A DNA stretch of 64,000 nt from Antedon mediterranea (lineage: Eukaryota; Animalia; Echinodermata): the NCBI RefSeq assembly GCF_964355755.1, contig NC_092671.1, positions 7,998,001 through 8,062,000 on the forward strand. Reading direction: 5' to 3'. The position numbers and the translations under genes are program-made. Below the pieces are notes generated by a model. That model did not search any database and was not told where the DNA came from. It was given only the letters and a program-made list of their open reading frames with translations. Position 1 is the stretch's first letter. The number at the start of each line of letters is the position of its first letter. Positions 54,420-64,000 of the stretch are shown in pieces.

Positions 54420-56917
54420 CCGATTTAAAATAGTTTTGAAACAACCCTTTTGAGAGAGAAAGCTACGACTATCTCGTTCTTCCACATTAGTTTAGGTAAA
54501 GGGTTACAAAACACATTATTTTTTGTTAATATTCAATTTGTCCCAGCCATCAAACTTGTGAGCCTATAATGTTGCAAGCCAATGAAGTGTACCTTGTTCT
54601 AATTTCAGAACACAGAAGTCAACATCAATCAATCAATTATATTCTACTTATTATAATTCAAATTTTATCTCTGTATTATGACTCAATAGAAAGCGATTAA
54701 TGACTGCAATATAAAAAGAAATCTTAATTCTGAGATTCATGAGTCGTGGAGACAATTCTGTCGATGGCGGTGCTATTTAGGTCTAGAAAGACGATTTAGG
54801 AAACTTTTGCATCAGAAATTATTTGTTAACTGTGGGATTTAAGGTAGGAATGTTTGTTTTGTAATTTGATTAACATTTTGAAGTAATTAAATCTATTTAT
54901 TTTATAATAATGCAAAAACATTCCTGTTGAGTCAATTATGATTGATACATCTATAAATAATATGTTTATGTTTTAGAAACATGGATATTGTTAAAATTTT
55001 TATTAGATATGTTATAGATGTAATAATTTCATCATTTATATTTATGACACTGAATACCATACCGTACTATCATCTGTAATTATGCATGTGACAAACGTAT
55101 TCGTATAAAATCATTTAAAATATGAAAATATTACAATGAATATTTAAATGTCAAATATGATAGTTTACACATATCATAAAGATGTATTCTTCATCGTTTA
55201 TGATTTCATAAAGTGGAAGCATTTTGTGCACAGCTGGTACTAGTTCAATTACAAAACGTTTATCTATACCAATTACTAAATCACAGGTTTCATTAAGTAT
55301 TGAATGAATAAATAAGGCGCGACTGATTTGGCACTTCAGGCCAAAGTTTCCCACTATGGAAATTACTGTAAAAATCTAAATCTGACAACCGTTTTGATTT
55401 CGTTGTTCTAAAATTATTTGTAGTTATTCTTGCCTGGAGGTTCAAAGTACACTCTTGCAGAATCGACAAAGTATATGCATTTTTATTGCTTCTGGACTGA
55501 TATCGTTCTTAATTTCTAGCCAACCCAAGGGAGTAATCACGAATAGCCGCAAGCGAAATATATTACAACGAAATACCTACTCATACAGATATTCGACATA
55601 TCTTAGACATAGTAATTTTAGTAAATACAAAATTGGTGAACATAATTATAAAGCTGATCCGATAAGCATTTTCAGACAGTCGTCTTCCTCTATAACAACT
55701 TCAACTGTTTTTCAGCCGATTCTGATGGTTCTGTATCTAGGAATTGTCATGATACAGCACCTTATGTTTTTCAATAACCCTTAAACAAACCATCCACGAT
55801 ATAGGCACACATGAGATGCTGTATTACGAAGTGTGTCATGAAACTGGAGAATGTACACAAAATAACCTGCGTACTTAATGTTATGTTTGATGATTCTTAG
55901 TTAATAAGAACACATTTCTACGAATTTAAGAGGCATAAATAATTTCCAAATGAATGTTTCTTCTTCAGAAGAAATTCAAAATACATTTAGTATATTCTCT
56001 TTGAACCTCTTTTGTCCAATAGAAAATGTATGTGCATATCTTTGTCATATAGGTTTAAATTCCCCAATAACATACCAGTATAGCACAATTCGTTATATGT
56101 CACCCATTGGGGGATGTAACAAAACATCTTTTAAAAATAATATAATTAAATTTAAATTATATTAGTAATACAGTACAATGATGTACATACAACAGGTACA
56201 TAGTACTATTATAATCGAACAAATGATATTTCAATAAGAGCATCTGAATTATACAGTTAATAAAACATAACACATTGTAAATGATGGACTGTGTGTACTG
56301 TGCTGTTACCTTATAGAACAATGTATTCACGGATAATTAAGCGTTCAGTCTAGCATAAAGGATACATTTATTATGCATGTATGTGTGTTTAGTACCAAAT
56401 GTATTTTTGATACATAGATAAGTATTAAGTAATATAATGTAAGCTTAGAAAATATTGTACCGGATTGTCATGTGTACAATAATTGGTAATGTATGGTAAT
56501 CTTGATAAGTAGGCCTATTTACTACAAAAAAGAACATAATCATTTTACGGTTACGTTAAATTGATTTTATTAATAAAAAAAAACCAAAAAAAACAGACGC
56601 ATCTGTATTTCTCACACACCAATGCAGTGTAGAGGTAAATTGAGGTAATATCGCATAATTATATGTCTATTTCCTACACTAAAAATGTATCAGTAATTAA
56701 TAATTATTAGTTAACTAATGGAGTGGTTATACGACTGCTTATGGGTTTCCTCCGTGTACAATACAAAAAAGAATGAAAATATATATATAAAATAACAATC
56801 GGTAAGTCATCAAATTCTCTATATAGTTAGAGAACAAACTTTACTTTTATATTAGGAAGGTATATTTACATTTTAAGAACTTAAATTATTGCTCTGCAAA
56901 TTGGAAAGACATTATAT

Positions 56918-57030
56918 TACACTATCAAACTAGTTTGACAAAAAAAGTGTGATGTGTCCAAATATGGTAGTGATATGCCCAGATATGGTAGTGATATGGC
57001 ATCATCATGTCCATATATGGGCATATCACA
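56918..57030 (-). mobile_element. MITE family A, partial copy, reverse orientation
   Basis: TACACTATCAAACTAGTTTGACAAAAAAAGTGTGATGTGTCCAAATATGGTAGTGATATG...CATCATCATGTCCATATATGGGCA. Confidence 0.85.
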
Positions 57031-57442
57031 AGTTTAGGCCCACTGTACATCGGACAATGTAATTTATGAAAATCGATTATCAATTATCTATAACAGGAAA
57101 ATTATACAGAATTAGGCCTACTTACCGTTGTCATAGATAATTTCCAAAGGGGTATTCCCACGCTAAATTGACATTTTATTATATAAAAGTCTTGTTAAAT
57201 TTTATAACAATAATCAAAAGATTAGGCCTTTATTCACTCTTTCAATACATACTTTAGGTTAAAGGTTTATATAAAACATTAATAGCCTTACGGTATATGA
57301 TGAACACAGCTCATTTAGTTAACTATTAGTTATACAGCTTAAACTGTTATGAATAAATGTAACTATTACAAGTACATTTTGTTTTGGAAATACATTTGGT
57401 TACAAGACCAATGTACACAAAACAATTATTTCTTTTTACAAC

Positions 57443-57503
57443 TAGCGGGAGTGTTGAACCCGGGCTCTGCTACATTACGGTAACCCATCCGTAACCATTG
57501 TGT
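57443..57503 (-). mobile_element. tRNA-like SINE head remnant
   Basis: The minus strand reads ACAATGGTTA...GCCCGGGTTCAACACTCCC, with A-box- and B-box-like motifs at tRNA spacing. There is no complete cloverleaf. Confidence 0.35.
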
Positions 57504-58784
57504 AATTTTTATCTTAGACATATATTAATATTATATCAACTTGAATGATTCTGAATTAATTTTTTCATTCGATATCTATTACGTCAAAACGCAAATAATG
57601 ATTTTTCATCATTCATTCTCTCCGTTCATGTATTACTATACGTTTCTCTAATTCCCTCCCGTCCTTTTCCACGGGGCCCCATTAAACAGAGGTGTATCCT
57701 CACAGAGTACCAGATGTGTGTGTAATGGTTGGTAGTTTTATTGATCCGTGGGGACACGATTCGAACACATTGCGACAAAAGGCGTAAAAGCAGTACAGAC
57801 TATATAATGAATTTTAACAAGTGTTGATCCACACGAGCTATGAGAAGTGTCAAGCCAGCCTTCCCAAGTAAAACTTGCCGATGTTTGCTATTCAGCATCA
57901 CACTCAAACATATTCACTGATGTGTGTGTTTTCTTAAACTATCCTTTTAACTTCTCTAGTTTTTACCAGTCAGTTTTTGACGGTGCCATATGTTATAGTG
58001 TTGAATACTTAATCCCCAAACTGATTTGTCAGCAAAAAGTGATGTTAATAATGAGTTAGAATACATTGAAATATTCTAGATATAGGCCTAATCTTTGACG
58101 ACATCAGCATTCTTAATCAAAATACAGAAGTAACAATGCAAACCAGTAGTTATTCAACATCGTAAAGAATGATATTAATGTTTATCTTTAAATAATAGCT
58201 AACTAAAATCAAATGACGATACTGGGCTTCCACTTATTCAGGTTGTAGGCCTATAATATTCTTTAAATAGGCCAGGGAAAAGTGAGATTACATCGTACAA
58301 TCTCATTCTTACCTGAAATAGGCCTAACTGTGTTGTCATACAAGTTCGTATCTAAATACCAATCATGTAATACAACACGTTTATGTTTGTTGTATAATTA
58401 AACGGCTCATTAAGTTTCTATAATTAGTCTAAATTTGCTCGTTAAAAGACGACACGTAATAATACTACAGTACATAGTACATGAATCCATAGAGGAAAAA
58501 ATGCCTCCATGATAAACATGTGTACGTTCTTTTATTTGTCTGTTTTCTTACTTGTTTTCTTTTAACATACATACAGGATTATATTAAATAAAGAAACATT
58601 ATCAGTGTATAGTCTAGGTCTATGAACGAAAAAAAACAAGAAAGAAAACAATTATGACCGTACTCACGATATGCCTTATTAAGAAATGCTTTGCTTAAAT
58701 GCATGTGTTGCCAGTAATTAGTACAGTTGAAAATAAAAACAAAATCATTTTGAGTTATATAATAGTAGTTCAGGTTAGGCCTTA

Positions 58785-59362
58785 CATGATGACGACATTA
58801 TGTTGATGACGAAAAACCAACCATTATAGTAAAGAGGAAGATGATGATAACGATGACAATGAAAATATTTTAGGCCTGGTGATAATAATAAATTTCAGTA
58901 CTATGTTAGACCCACAAGCAAATGATGATCATAATTAATTGGTGATTATGATAGAATTGATTAAGATGGTGATAATAATGATAACAATTTATGATGGATA
59001 TCCATCTGTCAATGATATGATGATGAGATAATGAATTATGCCTTTAAGAATGATGAAATTATTATGACAATGGAGTGTTAAAATAGTACCTGATGATGAT
59101 GATAATGATGATGATGTTAATAATCAAAGATGACAACAACAATGATAACGACAGTTTAATAATGATGAGGATAAATAAATAAAGATCTCCTCTGATATTT
59201 AATGAGATGATAACTTAGGCCTGGAATGATTATGATTTCGATGATAATTATGTTAATTATTCTAATGATGATGTTGATGACGTACATAGATGATGTCGTA
59301 GAGATGAGAGGACAATTAAGTTATAAAGGATGATTATAAACCAAATGATAACTACATGATGG
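58785..59362. repeat. Degenerate (GAT/AAT)n low-complexity tract
   Basis: Dense gatgat/gataat/gacaat triplets with strong C depletion. This is the same microsatellite class as 30885-31320, in opposite orientation. Confidence 0.75.
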
Positions 59363-60404
59363 AGTTGACACGACAGGCTGTATATTCATCATTGAACTTT
59401 ATTCCTTTCTTTTATGTTTTTGCTCTTAAATGTATATATTCTGAACCCAGTTCGAGAGCATAATTCGAGAGTATAGACATATAAGCATTTTATTACATGA
59501 AAACGTTAATTAAAAAAGTGATGTTGATCATTCGTTCTTTTAAACTTTTATGATTGACCATTGGCTCGTGTTGCTAATATTTCTATATCTTCAACCGTTT
59601 GATACGTTTTGCCGCTGGGTAAAAAACAAGACAATTTTAATTTATCATTTCTTCGATATTAATCAATTTATCATTGAAATGTAAGATGAAAAAAGCTGCC
59701 GTTTTCAAAAGCGAAAATAGAAACGTACACTGCGATATATATTGCTTTTTGCTTGTTTGAAAGAAGAAAAAAAAAGCTAAATTAGAGTATAAAGGTCGTG
59801 CGGATTATTATTGTTGTGTAGGATATATTAAAGATGACATGAGCAGAAAAGACTATTGTTAGCAACTCAATACTTTACACTCGCATTTTCTTTTATCAAG
59901 TAGAACTACAATAGATGTCTAAATTGTTACAATAACTCACGGTCGGTTCACTAAAAGCATTGGTAAATTTTCACAATTTTTATGTTGGGAGTTTTTTTTT
60001 TCAAGCTTATTATTCTTGCTAAATATAAACATATTTTTGCTGCTGTTAGTTAAGTAAACGTTCTGGCATCGTTTGTGTTGACATTTAATGTTTTCTTTAT
60101 TTCAATGAGGTTTTCTATTTAGCTAAGACCATCGATTCAGGTATCGGAATAGATATTTAATTATGCAAATAAATCATACTATTTATTTCTAAATGTAAAC
60201 ATCATAAATCTTGGTTTTTTTTATTATACTTTTTGTCCTTTATTGTTTAGGTACGGTACTTTATAAATTTTTTTTTTGTTGATATCTAAAAAATAAATAT
60301 AGATTAATGACTTGCCTAAACTTACATTCACCGAATAAATATTAAAAAAATTTGGTCTAGTGCGTTAATTACAATTATTATTATACAGCCAAACTAATAT
60401 TTAT

Positions 60405-60753
60405 AGATGTATTGTCCCCCTAAAAAATAATTTTTAACGTTTTTTTTGTTGTTGAATATGTCATTTATTGTCACATAATAGTTTTACTTTAACTAAAAAT
60501 TGGATCTAAAAAAAATGTATATACCTGAAAAAAACTGTATTTAAAGCAACAAATTGTCATTGTCATTGTCAATTGTCATTGTCAAACAAAAGTCATTGGC
60601 TGCCAGCCAATGACTTTTTGGTTGAATATAACCATTATGTTATTTTATAAGTGAAAACATATTTTTTTCTAGTGAAGTGATTAACTAAATACAAAATAAC
60701 CTATTAAAAGTCTTAATCTTCATTTTTCATGTTTTTTGGGGGACATTACATCT
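60405..60753. mobile_element. Non-autonomous DNA transposon family B, Kolobok-like, full-length (349 bp)
   Basis: TIRs AGATGTATTGTCCCCC ... GGGGGACATTACATCT, flanked by TTAT (left) and TTAA (right). TTAA target with 5'-AG termini fits Kolobok better than piggyBac. Central palindrome at 60588-60618. Confidence 0.75.
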
Positions 60754-61307
60754 TTAATAGTGTGACCATAGTTTATTTAGGCCTATGATTGCGTAAATTC
60801 AATGAAATATTTCAAATAATATATCGATATTGTTTTTATATTTATGTTTTTTATACTCATGATGCTCATGTTAAGATGCCATATAAATTGAAATGAAAAT
60901 GTAATGAAAGATCGTGATGAGTTCCAAACAATACGGACTCGAGGCTACATTATGTTTCAATTTGCTATTTTGAAAATACAATTTTGCATTAATAAGTATA
61001 GCAGTACAGTACTATAGAAAGGCATACCGTAGTATGACCTACGGGTGGAATAGGATGGAGGTAGGGGAATAGGCAGATGAAAAGGCTTCCTACATTTTGA
61101 AATATAAAATCTAATCTAAATACAATTATACTCCAATCTTGCAGGATCCTCCACTGGGCAGAATCCATAGGATTAGGATATCTCAGCTTCACATTGATAA
61201 CCATAACATACTTGAATTAAAACTGTATAGTTAAGCATTCGTTAGATATATGGTATTTATCATGGTTATAAACAGCAGATTTTACGATAATTGACTTTCG
61301 GTGGTTA

Positions 61308-61463
61308 AGCTCTGTCTACACTATCAAACTTTATGTGACAAAAAATGTGATGTGCCTATATGAACATGATGATATCACTATCACTATATTTGGGCACATC
61401 ACTACCATATTTGGGCACATCATACTTCTTTTGTCAAACTAGTTTGATAGTATAGACAGAGCT
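61308..61463 (+). mobile_element. MITE family A, full-length copy (PIF/Harbinger-Tourist-like)
   Basis: TIRs AGCTCTGTCTACACTATCAAACT ... AGTTTGATAGTATAGACAGAGCT, TTA on both sides (61305-07, 61464-66), and an internal ~21-bp ATCACTACCATATTTGGGC repeat. Confidence 0.9.
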
Positions 61464-64000
61464 TTACATTCCGTACTAAATTGACAGGCAATTACTTTTA
61501 TTTTAATTAAAATATTAATTTTTTATTAAAATTAAGTATTAACTATTATTAGTAGAGTTAGTATTTAAGTTTAAATACTGGTGATTCCACCCCACTACAG
61601 ACATTCTATATCAGTTGTTTCATCTGTTTAAATTACTTACGGCACATGATGAGTTGGAAAATTATTTCAAATCGCACACTTTGTATTTCTTCTAGATATA
61701 ATTCTGCATATGAAAAATCTACTGTCCTTACCAAGGTTAAATTGGTTTTGTATTTTGCATAGCAACGAAAGATCATGCTTATTCACTTAGCAAGCATTAT
61801 GTATAGCTTATGTAGCGACGGTGATAATATATAATCAATAATCTATATAGAAATGCCTATATAAAATTAAAATATAATTACCTTTGTTATCGTACCGAAT
61901 ACAAGAAATTCATACTATATTATATTAGTGTAATTTTAAGTATAAGGCCTACAGCTTGTGCAGACGCCAAATACATTTCGAATAATACCGTATTACATAT
62001 TAACCCAAATATGTTTCCATTGAAAATTATGGATCATTCGTGTGGCAAGTATAGTATTCCTATTACATTGAAAGTACTATTACGTTTCATTGTAATTTTT
62101 GGATGAACTTGTTTTCACAAATAAAATTATCAATCAATCGATTGATATGTTAGGCCTATAAGAATAAAAAGCTAGGTCGATGAATAGTAGGCTCATCATA
62201 GCAATAATACGACATATTCAATCATAAACATAAGGAATAATATATAGGCCTAATGATGTTTTATTTTTTTATTATTTTATTAACACGATTATCAATGACT
62301 TATACAATAATGTTTAAAAATATATATTTAAAGTATATACAATTATTAATAAAACCCAATAAGATTAGTTTAAAGTAATTTTTTTTAAATAATTTTAGTT
62401 TCATTGCAAATTTTAACATTTCAACAGTCTAATATCTCATCGGTGAATATCCCCGGATTAATAACGTTTATAATCATGATCTAATTTTTTATAAGAACTA
62501 TAGCTACCGTATCTTAAGGAATTATGTAACTTGAATCTATACATTTTATAAGACACACATTATTGGATATTTCCGTTTTTACTTAAACTTTGTTTGTTCG
62601 TTTTTATGATGTGATAGCCACAAGGAAGACGCATGGTAACGTGCTAGTTTGTTGTATACAAATCAATATCAAGAAAAACGCACCCAAAATTTAAGCATCA
62701 CGTACCGCCTTCGGGGGAGCGAACCCAGACGCATAACTTGTTATCATCATGTTATCATAAGATGGGCTAATAACCAGAATACTGTATACGAATTAATGTT
62801 TAGTTCTTTATTCTATTGTCTGTGAACAACAATAGGCCTACATGGATTTCAATATAGCCACAATTACATTTGGATGTGCTTAGTTAAGGCCCTATTGTAT
62901 ACTAAAGGCATAAACATGATTTATATAAGAATCCGAGGTGCCGGAGAGATTGTTCAACAATGTCAATTAGAATAACATATTTTAATTACAATAATTTACT
63001 CTTATTGTCAACGATGATCTTGTATTTCAATATATTACCTGTTTGTGGTATTGCTCCATGTGTATACGGTAGTTTATATTACTTTTTATGGATAATCAAA
63101 ATCACATTGTAACACAATAATATGCAGATTTCTGGCGTTTTATCGCGTGTTAGGTGTTCTCCTAATATCACCATCGCATTGGTTAACGGTACAAAGAGAA
63201 GCTGATAGGCATATAAGACAAATATATGTATTATATTCATCTTACAAAGTTAAATAAAATGAAGAGTGAATTCATGGCCTGGCCAAAATTAGCGCCACCC
63301 AAGATGACATAACGAGAAATGAGAGATTATTTTTTGGCCGGGCACCACGAACACATTTAAACAAAAACAAAACAAATGGCAGTCGGGGGAGATCATCTTA
63401 GTGCAAACTGATCGATTGGTTTAAAATATATGAGATTGGGAAACGGCAATTCGTATAGCGGACTGGAGGGAAAAAATAAATATGTTAGTATCTACCTGTT
63501 CTGTGTCATCGTCAATATATTATTCTGACTATGGTAATCTATTTTGTTACTAATGGCTCTGGCGATTCATGTCCCAAAGCACAAGCAGAAAATTGAACCA
63601 AGTGACAGATTATACAGCGAAAGTTAGTTCGTGGTCGCTTATTCTATTCTCAACCACATTGTACAGTGAGTGTCAGTACTGCGAAAGTTCAGTAAAAACA
63701 ATCGTATTATTATAGTATACGTTGTTTAATTAGTATACACGTGGTCCTCGAGGGAGACAAGATATACTTCGTGTGCTCGTTATGGGAACGATGTTCGGCC
63801 ACACGATGCTGGACTGATAAGCAAGGTTAGTTATCGAATTTAGTAATTTAAATTCCATTATAAAAGTACAATTCAATTTGTTACGCATCTTATGCATTAG
63901 TTTGTAACAATTCCGTTCCTTACGTAATTTAGCGGGTGTGGAGCGTGCGCCAAAACCCAGGAGAGATCAGCAACCGAACCGGGGTAAAAAACTACATTTG

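Noticed and set aside
58785-59362. Possible Asp/Asn-rich coding exon
   Set aside because: Frequent stop codons and no long ORF in the track; degenerate microsatellite.

Overview
AT-rich (roughly 31-32% GC by eye) eukaryotic genomic DNA containing the central part of an echinoderm-type Hox cluster. Two two-exon homeobox genes lie on the + strand in canonical colinear order: Hox7 (CDS 8433-8883 + 13700-14019, 256 aa) and a divergent Hox6 (CDS 42073-42604 + 46206-46453, 259 aa). The ORF track missed the Hox6 homeobox exon. An echinoderm-type Hox7 next to an intact Hox6 suggests a crinoid, or less likely an echinoid; this is inference. The rest is non-coding, with small non-autonomous transposons (six copies of a ~150-bp TTA-flanked Harbinger/Tourist-like MITE, two copies of a TTAA-flanked Kolobok-like element), SINE/LINE remnants, a minisatellite and local duplications. 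The most striking unexplained signal is the window-wide excess of TA-bracketed micro-motifs. TAGGCCTA occurs about 55 times by manual count versus about 0.5 expected, and TACGGTA/TACCGTA about 35 times versus about 7. One TACGGTA is visibly a 5-bp insertion into a MITE copy, which points to accumulated DNA-transposon excision footprints. All counts were done by eye and no database searches were run.
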